The translations under genes were made by a program, and so were the position numbers. Below, piece by piece: positions 7,901-17,484 of a stretch of 64,000 nucleotides of DNA (its first letter is position 1; each line of letters opens with the position of its first letter). The notes under the pieces were generated by a model. It was not told the origin of the DNA. It saw nothing but the letters and a program-made list of their open reading frames with translations, and searched no databases. Source of the stretch: Promethearchaeota archaeon (lineage in GTDB: Archaea; Asgardarchaeota; Heimdallarchaeia; Hodarchaeales; Hodarchaeaceae). The stretch is from assembly GCA_048939265.1 (NCBI GenBank), contig JBHLPQ010000001.1, positions 6,726 to 70,725 on the forward strand. The letters run 5' to 3'.

Positions 7901-10189
7901 TTTGCTCACATTAAAAACATTAATATTATCGTTCGGAATATTGACAAAATCACTACTAGAATGGGGGAAATTACTGATGGATCTCATACTGATGCGGGAT
8001 TCAATGCTCTTTCAGACCACTATGAGGTCTATAGAGGGACAAGCTCGATAAATGTGACTGGTGATTATTTAGACTCTGAAACTAAGGGAGGTATTTATCC
8101 AGCCACTATTGTCATCTCGTTCAATTACACAGGGGGTACTTATGATCATCCAACTACAACCTCTACTGATGCAAATGGCGAATTTTTTGTGATTGTTACC
8201 ATACCTAACTGGTTCCCATTAGAAAACATTACCATATATTGTTGGGATCAAGGAAACCCAATTCCAAGAGAAGGACGAACAGGTGTATCTAACGTTAGGG
8301 TAGTTTCCACTATTGATTTAACTTATAATCTGAGCGGTTTCACGGGTAACTCTGTTTTTATAGGGGAAAGCGTGACCGTTTCTGGAACAATAACGGATGA
8401 CCAAGGGAATGATATATCTGCATATTTGGTTAACAGTTTACGTGTAAGTGGGTGGAATGGAACTCATGAATTTGCGCCTATAGTAGGAAGTGCTACAGGT
8501 ACAAACTATAATCTAGTTTATCTAACACCATATGACTTTACTGGGGATAGTCTGATTATAAGGTTAAACATCACTGACAATCCACAGCTCCTTCATTATC
8601 GATTGAATTCTGCAGAACAACTCATCAATATCTACCATGATTTCGAAATCATCTCCCTACAAATCTATTTTCCCTCTAATGATACTCTTGTCGACATTAG
8701 CAATAATAGCATATATTTAATTACTGGAATCATGAATCGAGACATTGAATTAAGGGGAACACTTCAAGATTCTACTGGACGTACACTTTGGGGGAAATGG
8801 ATACATGATTTCTGGAATGAATCAAGTATGTTACCTCAGCTCGTAAATATCGATGGAAATTATTCCCTAACTCGTGCATTTCCAGGATGGGAAAATATCA
8901 CATCCTTCAGCTGGAGCATTTATCATGAGTTAGACAATGGTTCCCTGCTGGAAAAGCGTTATTCCATTACTCTGCAATGGGAGGTTTACGATGAGACTCC
9001 TCCCTCAATAGTCATAATTGATCCAGTAACCATTGGGAGCCTAGCAATTCTCTCAGAAAATGCTACTACAATACTCAATGCTACTGTTTTTGACCCTGAT
9101 TCAGGATCAGGGGTTGTTTCAGTTGGTCTTGGTAGTGTAATTCTTTGGATTGATGGAACAAGCTATCCAACAACTCAAAACGGACAGAACTACTTTTATA
9201 ACTGGGATACTGCAAGTCCAGAGGATAAAACCTATAACATCACAGTCGAAGCTTTTGATTTAGGAAATAATCAGTATTCAACCGAGATCACAGTTGTTTT
9301 TGATATTATTGACCCCACAGCAACCATACAATACGATAGTAATAATAGTTATCTTATGGTTGACTCATCAGGGGTTGTAAGTATTTCAGGTTCCTTAGCT
9401 GACTCGGCTTCAGCATCAGGGGAAAATAGTGGTGTGGATAACTCCTCAATTAGCCTCATTATCCGAAATGATGCTTCAATAGTCCACACTCTCTCTAGTG
9501 GAGATCTTAATATTGATCAAGATACCTATTCGTATAATTGGCAAATATATGATCCTATTACTCTGATTCGGGATCCCCGTTACACCTCAGAAGTTGCCTG
9601 GACATTAATCTTAACTGTTAATGATAGTATTGGAAATTCGTTACAGATTGTAGAATCGGTGAACCTTGACAATGTTGACCCTGATTTGATAATTTCTCAA
9701 GAGCCCGATTTAACAGTCGATGAAGATGTTGAAATTGCAGTAATTTTCACGGACGCAGTAGATCCCACTGATTTAGGAAGTGGCGTTAACACTGATACCT
9801 TAGAATTCGAGCTGGTATCTGAGGATACACAGGATGTTCTTTCCTCTTACACTGCCTCTGACACTCAAGTAACCTTGAGCTCCACAAGTGCATCCTTGAA
9901 ACTAGATATTTCATCCGAGCCAGATGGTGATTACTTCATTAGGACAAGGATAGCGGATAATACCGCGAATATACAAGAAGTATCTTCCAGAGTCTTTACC
10001 ATTTTTCATGCACCAGAGACATCTGCACCCCCTCAAACCTCAGAACCCTCAGGTCCGAATGGTACTCAACCCCAAGTGGTTTTCAGAGTTAATCTATTTC
10101 AGTTAATTCTATTTCCCACTTTGGCGATGGGGGGCGGTGTAGGTGTAGCAGCTTTGTATGAGAGAGTCAAAAAAATGCGAAATTTATGA
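4988..10189 (+). CDS. Giant secreted/cell-surface protein (1733 aa) with an N-terminal signal/anchor, dozens of N-glycosylation sequons, a Pro/Ser/Thr-rich stalk and a C-terminal TM helix with a basic tail. Candidate S-layer or adhesin.
   Basis: Hydrophobic N-terminus (FFLFIVLLFTYSAQG), very many NxS/T motifs, beta-rich Thr/Ser/Asn/Tyr composition. The C-terminus is ...SAPPQTSEPSGPNGTQPQ..LILFPTLAMGGGVGVAALYERVKKMRNL. Confidence 0.7.
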   Translation: MKIITEDPLFGGIKVKRIQNNKIFFLFIVLLFTYSAQGFIQFFQTESIDSHSSSLGNRQVPPLQENGLSSSSSPRTGIIPPSGSRHSPRAGVNEIVDGGFVYFPGDTIHIRNRFNIPNYDFAILSQRIDIYLFNSSDTPENVSTHFVKSDYTNGSRPAEEPSISDDPQLGWLDTTFQIPTWTELNAMGIDADDNVTIYQFYPSYNVTSEISGCPPFNRTDSFIISGYAMFSVDAPGLVNPISGDNSFRQGENATASLTAISGVDPVPDVAVDCSLYFSNDIEILNGTNGFNYYLQDSLGNPSTTTDSNGKIYLFVNTTYPTTSENDYYCNVTANFDGTGFYTSNYVPGNPSTNTETASVDFTIDNQEDIVSIDFISAIGDTSGWPKGENDSWPLNPPLENITIVTFRVQATTSYNGTSTPYILEGIPVNVTLDFGGGWPAGVTLSAVPGFSYNGSWAFTNSAGLVQFNITAIYPTYYGQKTPTIIARANLQNNSALSYPYSSVLLPHRFLTSATGVNATTSKVISIDHDFWIGEISSSLNDTSIRPGEGARLATQIYAYGDYYDDQYHQSISPIGTLPVKIELIQQIPGVSIINTNPVAPNPGYHYTDINGWIYVDISTTFGVTPEYYLNLGIKITVDFENDSNPRLIGPYHAGYDTFAEFDKTWNTIQRNLDIDANYILCNIYTRDLIENGISYPSSSTEAKILRPGDVLDVYFEVEEVIEAISLGSIPVNVSLSVSDPEVSIGFIYSDGEARPNYHKTRSDGYIAIRVTTTSSLKPQVIQLKAIADFANDSLPWHVGPKNYTQFIGNSSYSEIIFDITINPQYFTGSIYRPNPSINPNASLVVQGETFEIRFDLRLTFHNTGEILPLANALIDGISITLLVNGTTNYGLYKMRVLNETLLEASSQNTVDSTVIFYVQTNVSGSTVEDTYNISASANFGAAKGWIYNITHPSVPTGELSGDWVNGSSAADFAHIKNINIIVRNIDKITTRMGEITDGSHTDAGFNALSDHYEVYRGTSSINVTGDYLDSETKGGIYPATIVISFNYTGGTYDHPTTTSTDANGEFFVIVTIPNWFPLENITIYCWDQGNPIPREGRTGVSNVRVVSTIDLTYNLSGFTGNSVFIGESVTVSGTITDDQGNDISAYLVNSLRVSGWNGTHEFAPIVGSATGTNYNLVYLTPYDFTGDSLIIRLNITDNPQLLHYRLNSAEQLINIYHDFEIISLQIYFPSNDTLVDISNNSIYLITGIMNRDIELRGTLQDSTGRTLWGKWIHDFWNESSMLPQLVNIDGNYSLTRAFPGWENITSFSWSIYHELDNGSLLEKRYSITLQWEVYDETPPSIVIIDPVTIGSLAILSENATTILNATVFDPDSGSGVVSVGLGSVILWIDGTSYPTTQNGQNYFYNWDTASPEDKTYNITVEAFDLGNNQYSTEITVVFDIIDPTATIQYDSNNSYLMVDSSGVVSISGSLADSASASGENSGVDNSSISLIIRNDASIVHTLSSGDLNIDQDTYSYNWQIYDPITLIRDPRYTSEVAWTLILTVNDSIGNSLQIVESVNLDNVDPDLIISQEPDLTVDEDVEIAVIFTDAVDPTDLGSGVNTDTLEFELVSEDTQDVLSSYTASDTQVTLSSTSASLKLDISSEPDGDYFIRTRIADNTANIQEVSSRVFTIFHAPETSAPPQTSEPSGPNGTQPQVVFRVNLFQLILFPTLAMGGGVGVAALYERVKKMRNL

Positions 10190-10339
10190 AAATCAGGTCA
10201 CCAAAAATATACGTCAATACTGACATATTTATATGAATAAGTAATATAAATCAGAAAAGAAATTAAAAGTAATATTGGTATTAAATCGTCTACTCATCTA
10301 GATTAGTTAATAGAAGGACAAGAAAGACCAAAAAACATT

Positions 10340-10867
10340 ATGAGAATTGTGATAGGAATGAAAGAACTAAATTATTTTGCCCAAGTATTAAATCTATTTG
10401 ATCTACTTCTACCTATTATTGTTGTTGGTGGTTTAATTATTGGAATTGTGTTGTTCTATTTTCGACGACAAATTATGGAGACCATCGGAGGAGGAGGAGT
10501 AAAGAAAACTATTCTGGAACAAGAAATTGAACAACGCCTTGTTCAAATTCGACAATTGGCACGACAACAAATGTTTAGAGAAGCATCGATCCTCATGTGG
10601 CAAACGATGACTCTTGCATCTGAAGGTTTTCTTGGTATTGGTCGTACACCGAATGAATCCGCACGTCAACTCGGTGTTAGACTGATGAATCGTGGGGATT
10701 TAGATCCGAGCGCTATTAATGCTATTGTGATGGTTTTTGAAAAAGCCCGATACAGTCAAGCTCCTCTTACAACTCAGGAATTCAAAGATGGATTGTCGGG
10801 ACTTCATCAATTCCTTCAAACAGCCACATCTGTTGGTGAGATAGCTGAAGTAGCTGAAGAGTATTGA
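10340..10867 (+). CDS. DUF4129-like membrane-anchored protein (MoxR-module accessory)
   Basis: N-terminal TM helix followed by a GRTPNESARQL....VFEKARYSQAPLTTQEF pattern typical of DUF4129 (TPxE ... ARY..p.t..e). Confidence 0.5.
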   Translation: MRIVIGMKELNYFAQVLNLFDLLLPIIVVGGLIIGIVLFYFRRQIMETIGGGGVKKTILEQEIEQRLVQIRQLARQQMFREASILMWQTMTLASEGFLGIGRTPNESARQLGVRLMNRGDLDPSAINAIVMVFEKARYSQAPLTTQEFKDGLSGLHQFLQTATSVGEIAEVAEEY

Positions 10868-10919
10868 TCATTTACATATAACTGATGAGATTAATATAGT
10901 AAAGACTAAGTGAGACTTT

Positions 10920-12668
10920 ATGGTAGATCGAACAACCTCTGCACTGATCATCCTAGCCATTTTCATTAGTTATCCTTTTGCAGCAGCATTCTTACTGGGT
11001 ATAGTAGCTGTAGATAGAAACACAACTAATTTTTCCATTTATAATGAAGGTTGGAATGGAGCTAGTGCATTCAAGAAAATGTTCGAAGAATATGGCGACG
11101 AAGGGGAAGGGGGTCAAATCTCTACTATTGTTGGCAGTAATAATGTTCTAAATCGTTTAAATGCTTCTGAATCCAACAGTTCTCTCATCATATTAGGCCC
11201 AGCAGTCCATTATGATTTTTCCGAAGCATTAGCTATTGTTTTTTACGCTATTAAGGGAGGACGAGTTTTAATCGCAGATGACTTTGGCACAGCTAATGAT
11301 ATCCTTGGAGTTCTTTCTATCTTTCTAGGAATGATGGCACAGATAGATTTAGGTGGTTTGGGGTACAGTGATGCGACAGGAGGGACAAATATCTTTGGAT
11401 TTGAAACAACTACAGACAATACTACAACTACAACCACCACTGAGTCATGTGATCTCGGTGCAAATTTCCCAATTGCTGGAGTTGCCATTAATGGGAGCCT
11501 ACTAGTTGACCAAGGTAGCTACAAACCTCCTACCCCTCTCACGCCGATATTTCATTCTCCTGTTTCAGTTACTCAAGGTACCAGCTATCGAATGCCAGCC
11601 CCTTGGGTCACTGAATTTACAGAGGGGCTCAGTGGTAATGGTGTTGTGGGAAATTTTGCTTCAATCATAACAATGAAGGTTCGTTATCCAGTTAACGCGA
11701 CAGAGGACCCCATTACAGGAGAATGCCAAGTCTCTTATGAAACTAAATGGGTGCCAATGGGAGAGTTTCCAGCTTCTCTATCCAACGCGTTTTCTGATGT
11801 AAAAAGCCAAGTCTCTAATTTAAATATCCCTGATTTTTCCTTCAGTTTTCAAATCGCTGTCCTCTATAGCAGTAGTGAGGCATGGTTAGAATCTGATATT
11901 GAATTAGCAAAGCAAGATGTTAATAAAATAGGCCCAAATGTGACTGAATGGGGAAACCCAACCATTGGATTTCCAGTTTTTGTTTATTTTCCTTTTCCTC
12001 TAGGAGGAGACTTAACCATCTGTTCAGATCCCTCCATTTTCATCAATGAGTATATTGATGATGAAAGAGAAGAGTATGATTCAACTTACGATAATAGAGC
12101 TTTTGCTCAAAATGTAGTCGATAAAATGATGACAAGTCGGCCAGGTCAAACAATCATATTTGATGAAGGACACCTTGCAAATCACCCTTTATCACCAACC
12201 CTCCCACTTAGTTTATATCTGAAATTTCTCGATATGATTTCAATGTTTCCCCTCTTTGCGTGGGCTTTACCAATTGGAGCAATTATATTATCAAGACGAT
12301 TTATGCCGAAAAGAACACAAGCTAAACCTCTTCTGTTAACCCGTGTTGAACGATATTATGGGCGTAGCTTTTTCGCAGTTAAAATGCGTTGGTTCCTTGA
12401 ATATCAACAATATTCGCGCGGTTTAGAACTGATATATCGCCGTTTAAGGCGTAATTTAATTCGCCGCTACAATCCAGAGGTTGACCTTACCCCTGAAGTG
12501 GCCGCTACTTACTTAGCAAACGAATTTCCCGATCGTTTCACTCATAGAGGCATTACTGATGGGTTAATTGCAATCGAACGGATTATTGATAGTCGAGCTG
12601 CGATTTCTGAACAAGAATTTTTAGATCACTATCTATTCCTAAAAAACATTGGAGTAGAGATAACTTAA
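10920..12668 (+). CDS. DUF4350-like (GldG/GATase1-like) extracytoplasmic domain protein with a Thr-rich linker, a TM helix and a C-terminal DUF4129-like segment
   Basis: N-terminal signal/TM, a SLIILGPAVHYDFSEALAIVFYAIKGGRVLIADDFG block resembling DUF4350, a TTTTTTTT run, the TM MFPLFAWALPIGAIILS, and a C-terminal LTPEVAATYL...ISEQEF motif. Confidence 0.5.
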   Translation: MVDRTTSALIILAIFISYPFAAAFLLGIVAVDRNTTNFSIYNEGWNGASAFKKMFEEYGDEGEGGQISTIVGSNNVLNRLNASESNSSLIILGPAVHYDFSEALAIVFYAIKGGRVLIADDFGTANDILGVLSIFLGMMAQIDLGGLGYSDATGGTNIFGFETTTDNTTTTTTTESCDLGANFPIAGVAINGSLLVDQGSYKPPTPLTPIFHSPVSVTQGTSYRMPAPWVTEFTEGLSGNGVVGNFASIITMKVRYPVNATEDPITGECQVSYETKWVPMGEFPASLSNAFSDVKSQVSNLNIPDFSFSFQIAVLYSSSEAWLESDIELAKQDVNKIGPNVTEWGNPTIGFPVFVYFPFPLGGDLTICSDPSIFINEYIDDEREEYDSTYDNRAFAQNVVDKMMTSRPGQTIIFDEGHLANHPLSPTLPLSLYLKFLDMISMFPLFAWALPIGAIILSRRFMPKRTQAKPLLLTRVERYYGRSFFAVKMRWFLEYQQYSRGLELIYRRLRRNLIRRYNPEVDLTPEVAATYLANEFPDRFTHRGITDGLIAIERIIDSRAAISEQEFLDHYLFLKNIGVEIT

Positions 12669-12710
12669 TCTTAATTAAACCGTACTGATGATCTTTAAGA
12701 TAAATTAGAA

Positions 12711-13778
12711 GTGAAAGAAATGAGCAAAACCGATTTGAAAGGGAAAGATTTCACTAGTGATGAATTAACTTATGAAATGCTGGATGTTCACGATATAGCT
12801 CGTGCATATCAACAAATAATGGGAGAAATCCGAAAAGTATACATCGGAAGGACTGAAATCTTCGAAATGCTTTGGATTGCTATGTTAACGGGTAAGCATG
12901 TCTACCTCGAAGGCGTTCCAGGTATAGGGAAGACTTACATGGCAGAAACCTTTTCTAAAGTCCTTGGAACTGAATATAAACGAATTCAATTCACGCCAGA
13001 TATGCTTCCTTCAGATATCGTTGGAACAAATATTTTTAATCCTAAAACAGGAACCTTCCGACTAAAGAAGGGCCCCATTTTTGGTAATGTTATTCTCGCA
13101 GATGAAATTAACCGAGCTCCTCCGAAAACACAATCTGCAATGCTTGAAGCTATGGCTGAACGACAAGTTTCAATCGAAGGGGAAACGCACAAGCTCGAAC
13201 AACCATTTGTTGTTATGGCGACAGCAAACCCTGTTGAACAAGAAGGAACATATCCCCTCCCTGAAGCTCAATTAGACCGTTTTATGATTAAAGTTATCGT
13301 TCACCATTCTTCTCCTGACGATGAATTACGAATTATTAAATTTAAAAACGAACCCGTCCCCGCGACACTCAACCAAGTTGTTTCTCCTCAAACAATTGTA
13401 GCTATGATGGATGTGGTAAAAAGAGTCTATGTTTGTCCTGAAATCCTAGAAATGATACGTGATATCACTGTTTCAACTCGAACTGACCCACGGTTAGTCT
13501 TGGGATGTTCTCCTCGTGGGAGTGAAAGTCTTTTGTTGTCAGGAAAAGCTAGAGCTGCTATACATGGTCGTGAATATGTCATTCCAGATGATATTCTTTT
13601 AATGATACCTCATATAGTACATCATCGCCTTATACTCAAACCTGAAGCTGAATTAGAAGGAATCACGCAGATTCGTATTGCTGAAGATGTTCGAGATGGA
13701 TTGGTGCTACCAGTAGACCCAATAGAAGAAGAAGCAGTCTATGAAGAGTATTATGAAGAAGAAGTATACGAAGAATAG
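12711..13778 (+). CDS. moxR: MoxR-family AAA+ ATPase
   Basis: Walker A GVPGIGKT, Walker B ILADEINRAPPKTQSAMLEAM, and AAA_3/MoxR architecture with a C-terminal lid. Acidic C-terminal tail. Confidence 0.9.
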   Translation: MKEMSKTDLKGKDFTSDELTYEMLDVHDIARAYQQIMGEIRKVYIGRTEIFEMLWIAMLTGKHVYLEGVPGIGKTYMAETFSKVLGTEYKRIQFTPDMLPSDIVGTNIFNPKTGTFRLKKGPIFGNVILADEINRAPPKTQSAMLEAMAERQVSIEGETHKLEQPFVVMATANPVEQEGTYPLPEAQLDRFMIKVIVHHSSPDDELRIIKFKNEPVPATLNQVVSPQTIVAMMDVVKRVYVCPEILEMIRDITVSTRTDPRLVLGCSPRGSESLLLSGKARAAIHGREYVIPDDILLMIPHIVHHRLILKPEAELEGITQIRIAEDVRDGLVLPVDPIEEEAVYEEYYEEEVYEE

Positions 13779-13806
13779 GAAGAGTTTTTACTAGGTGTAA
13801 ATGTGA

Positions 13807-15279
13807 ATGCTTTCATCCCGAGGAGCCTTCATTGCAATTGGAGGTATATTATTAATTTCTGTAGGATTAAGTGCCAAAGGAATCGGTACTGTAGCTACAA
13901 TGTTCCCCATTCTCTCAGGTGAAGAAGGATGGGAAGCTACTGAAGAACCAGCTCCAACAAACGGAAACACAACTTCAATGGCAGACTTATTCAGACCGTT
14001 TGAAATTCTGAATAGTTCTCCGATAGTAGATTATGGCATGTTCCTTGGTACTTTATTGTTGTTAGCAAGTATCATTGGTCTACCCTTTTTCCGTGTGTCA
14101 GCTAACGCATCACTTATACGAGTTACACGTACCGTGGATCGAGAGAAAGCTTTTGCCGGGGAGTATGTCCATGTGACGGTTAAAATTGAAAACACTGGAC
14201 GCCGCCGAATGGACTTTTTGGAGATCTATGATGCCATTCCTGATATGTTTGAAATCGCCTTAGGTGAAAACTTCATTATTACTCAGCTTGAAGGTAGAGA
14301 GACTAAGGAATTCTCCTATATCGTTCAAGTAAGTACACGTGGAGTTTATCGCATTGGACCAGTGAAGGTCATCATTCATGATAGATTAGGATTTTATTTT
14401 GAAGAAGACATAAGGCACTTCTATACAGAAATTCTTTGTTATCCTTCGTACGAAGATATTAGGCGGATGGAAGCATTGAGTAAACGAAGACAACAAGGAA
14501 AGATGTTTGGGGCTCATAAAACAAAACAGAAAGGAATGGGAGACGATTTTCACGCATTAGCACGATACTACCCTGGTGCCCCCTTCAAATCTTTAGATTG
14601 GAAAGCTTTCAGCCGTACAGGGGAACTCATGGTTAGAGAGTTTGAATCAGAGAAGAATATTCGGATGGTTGTCTTTCTAGACCATAGTGGCAGTATGGGA
14701 GCTGGACTTCCTTTTAATACGAAACTAGACTTCGCTATCCGCTCTGTTATGCTAGTCATGAAGATGGCAGAAGAACGTCAAGATTTATTCGGAATGGTAA
14801 CATTTGCTGACCGACCCACATCTTTTCTTCCACCAGGAGGAGGAAAAGCAATGTTCTTTCAATTACTGGAAATTCTAGCTCTCGTAGAACCTCAAGGTCG
14901 ATCGGATCCTTTAGCTGCAGTAGATTTTGTGATGCAGAGGGTACCTCGTGCCTCATTTTATGTTTTTCTGACTGATCTTGAATCCTCTGATTCAGAAATT
15001 TTCACTGAAGCTGCAAAGCGCGCCCGTGCAACTAAGAACAACATAACTGTAATTTCCCCTTTCGGGCCGCTTTTTGAAACCAAGCTCAGTGATCTAACAG
15101 CCACAGAACGAGCTATAGCAGAAGCAATTTTCGAGGAGTATCTTGGATACAGAAAACAAGTAGAAGATAGATTGAGAGGATTGGGTGTCGAAATCATAAA
15201 TGTTGGCCCTGATGATATGCTTCCCAATGTAATTAAGACATATATGGAAGGAAAACAAGCAGGAAAAGGAACTGTGTAA
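13807..15279 (+). CDS. DUF58 protein with a von Willebrand factor A (MIDAS) domain
   Basis: Two N-terminal TM helices, the DUF58 core, and a MIDAS motif VFLDHSGSM (DxSxS). Canonical partner of MoxR. Confidence 0.8.
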   Translation: MLSSRGAFIAIGGILLISVGLSAKGIGTVATMFPILSGEEGWEATEEPAPTNGNTTSMADLFRPFEILNSSPIVDYGMFLGTLLLLASIIGLPFFRVSANASLIRVTRTVDREKAFAGEYVHVTVKIENTGRRRMDFLEIYDAIPDMFEIALGENFIITQLEGRETKEFSYIVQVSTRGVYRIGPVKVIIHDRLGFYFEEDIRHFYTEILCYPSYEDIRRMEALSKRRQQGKMFGAHKTKQKGMGDDFHALARYYPGAPFKSLDWKAFSRTGELMVREFESEKNIRMVVFLDHSGSMGAGLPFNTKLDFAIRSVMLVMKMAEERQDLFGMVTFADRPTSFLPPGGGKAMFFQLLEILALVEPQGRSDPLAAVDFVMQRVPRASFYVFLTDLESSDSEIFTEAAKRARATKNNITVISPFGPLFETKLSDLTATERAIAEAIFEEYLGYRKQVEDRLRGLGVEIINVGPDDMLPNVIKTYMEGKQAGKGTV

Positions 15280-15282
15280 AAT

Positions 15283-16680
15283 ATGCCCGCAGGACAAGCA
15301 ACAGCTCATTTCTTTCGGATTTTATATATCACAATATTTGTGATTTCTGCGGTCTTGGTTCTTGTCAGTATTGATCCTTCTATGTTTGATTTCGCACAGG
15401 TCTTCAATATCTTAGAATATATTATGTTGATAGTGCAAGTGCTAATCCAGGCTTTCGCTGGTGTAGCATTAAGCTTAGTATCTATGATTGCCTCAATTAT
15501 AAAGGATATTCCTTTCATCGGGGATATCCTTCCCTTCGGGAATGTTCAATCTAATGGATATAGTAGTATGGTCAATGCTCTTACAGCCATTACCAATCCT
15601 GAAAATGGTTTTTTCCCACATTCCAGCGCAACAACGATCACTTCATTTATTGAAGATTTTGGGAACTTTGTGGGAGCTACTACAATCCTGATTCTTCTTC
15701 CCGTTGCGTTTCTCTCAGGAATTGGATTTCTTCGTGAGGGAGACACGAAACTAGCGATATATTCATTTTTAGGGTTTCAACTTATCGTAATAATTGCCAT
15801 TTTTACAGAAAAGATCAATATATCCACAACTATCAATGCAGATGTATCAACTTCAACATTTTTCTTGACGTACATAATTGAAAACTTAATAGCAATGATC
15901 TTGAGTCCAATTTTCACCCTTGGATTTATATTATATCTTCTATTAGAAATCGCTTTTCAAACCTCCTATACTTTGAATATTATTGAACCCATGACTGAAC
16001 GAGAAAAAAGAATCCAAGGACACCTAAAGAGAATTCGCACTTTTGTCCCCTTATCGGAAGAAGAAAAGGGAAAAGAGCAATCTATTCAGAGCGTACAATC
16101 AAAAAAGTTTGATCTGCTTGCAGCGAGTTATCTACGAGAGATGGTCGAAAGACGTGTCTTTAAGAAAGGAGAAGTAATGCGGGATGCAAAATCAACCATG
16201 CGTTTACAGTCATATCTCGCAAGTTTAAATCAAAGTGATCCTGAAACTGATTTAAAATTAGCAGCAAAAACTGCTCAACCTGATATTTCAGCACTACTTC
16301 GACATTTTGTCCCAGCAATGGTTTTCCGTATCATTGCAGTCACAATTCTGGCTTATATTATTATTTCGCCAGAAATTCTTCTTAATCCTTTAGTAGGAAG
16401 TTCGTTTCCAGCACTTTTGCACAGTCTGGAACTCGGCCAACCTGAATTTCAAACAATTGCCATTCTCAATATAGTATTACTTTTTATTCTCATCAGTGTA
16501 ATTCTTCATTTCTTTTCTGGTGGAAGAACTAGTAAAATCGTCGAAAGAGTTGTTCAACAGATTGATACACTTGTAGACTTTGATAGGGCTCCAACACCAG
16601 TTGCAGCACCAGCTGCCGATGAACCATCTGAAGAAGAGGAAGAGGAACCTCCTTCCGATGAGGAAGAAGAAATTTCCTAA
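15283..16680 (+). CDS. Polytopic membrane protein with a C-terminal acidic (EEEEEEPPSDEEEE) tail, last gene of the MoxR module
   Basis: Multiple hydrophobic segments and a low-complexity acidic C-terminus. It starts 4 nt after the DUF58 stop. Confidence 0.45.
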   Translation: MPAGQATAHFFRILYITIFVISAVLVLVSIDPSMFDFAQVFNILEYIMLIVQVLIQAFAGVALSLVSMIASIIKDIPFIGDILPFGNVQSNGYSSMVNALTAITNPENGFFPHSSATTITSFIEDFGNFVGATTILILLPVAFLSGIGFLREGDTKLAIYSFLGFQLIVIIAIFTEKINISTTINADVSTSTFFLTYIIENLIAMILSPIFTLGFILYLLLEIAFQTSYTLNIIEPMTEREKRIQGHLKRIRTFVPLSEEEKGKEQSIQSVQSKKFDLLAASYLREMVERRVFKKGEVMRDAKSTMRLQSYLASLNQSDPETDLKLAAKTAQPDISALLRHFVPAMVFRIIAVTILAYIIISPEILLNPLVGSSFPALLHSLELGQPEFQTIAILNIVLLFILISVILHFFSGGRTSKIVERVVQQIDTLVDFDRAPTPVAAPAADEPSEEEEEEPPSDEEEEIS

Positions 16681-16705
16681 TTCTATTATTCAAGGAATTA
16701 ATAAA

Positions 16706-17239
16706 ATGTCAAGATTGGATCCTGAAAGCACTGAAGCAAGAAAAGCGATATCTAAGGAAGTACCTGGCTATAATCGCTATGAGAAACAATCAGATAGAAA
16801 ATCGAGTGAAACAGCAATACGAGATTATCTTGAATCACGTCTTTCAAGTTGTTTGGATGATATAAAAAAGATTCAAGAAGCTGCTTTAATGAGTCAAATG
16901 ATAACAACCTGGTCTGACCTTGATCGCTTAGTCTCCAGTTTTTCAGATATTCGACACATGATAAAACAGACTGAATATGGAATTAGTACCTTTTTTGACT
17001 CCAATGTAATCAAAGAATTTGATCTAAGTTATCTTTATACATTAGAAAATACTATTATCAACATCATAAGTCGGTTGGATGATAAAATAGGAAGTTTTGA
17101 TGAATCTATTGAAAGTGGTATGCTTTCGGACAGCAGCCGTTTAACCAATGAAATCTTAGATGATTTATCTGCTATTAGGGATGCATGGGAAGAACGGAGG
17201 AAATTAATTTCTGATTTTCAGAAATTAGGTCTAGTTTAA
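16706..17239 (+). CDS. Hypothetical cytoplasmic protein (about 177 aa). Start placed at the internal ATG (MSRLDPEST...) to avoid a 100-nt overlap with the upstream gene.
   Basis: The ORF 16580..17239 overlaps 15283..16680. The downstream ATG gives a non-overlapping gene with a plausible upstream AT-rich/GGAG region. The start choice is an inference. Confidence 0.4.
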   Translation: MSRLDPESTEARKAISKEVPGYNRYEKQSDRKSSETAIRDYLESRLSSCLDDIKKIQEAALMSQMITTWSDLDRLVSSFSDIRHMIKQTEYGISTFFDSNVIKEFDLSYLYTLENTIINIISRLDDKIGSFDESIESGMLSDSSRLTNEILDDLSAIRDAWEERRKLISDFQKLGLV

Positions 17240-17484
17240 TTTGTAATTTATAGTGTAACCTTTACGGATTTGTATCCTTATTTTCTTCAAATCAACATCT
17301 TTCATTAGCTAAGTAGAAGTGAGTATGCATAGATAGAGTCTCTGGGCACCATCATATAGCCACATTATGAGCAGTTCAAACTTCAAATATTTATAGCTCA
17401 CGATTTTTTCTTCCAACAAGCCTTAGATAGAATAAGCTTTGGTTTTTTTCCAAACCTGGCTCAAAACTGATAGGTGGTTTTTGT

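Noticed and set aside
16580-16705. Upstream extension of the 16580..17239 ORF
   Set aside because: It would overlap the preceding membrane-protein gene by 100 nt and encodes a basic low-complexity leader (KKRKRNLLPMRKKK). The internal ATG at 16706 is preferred.
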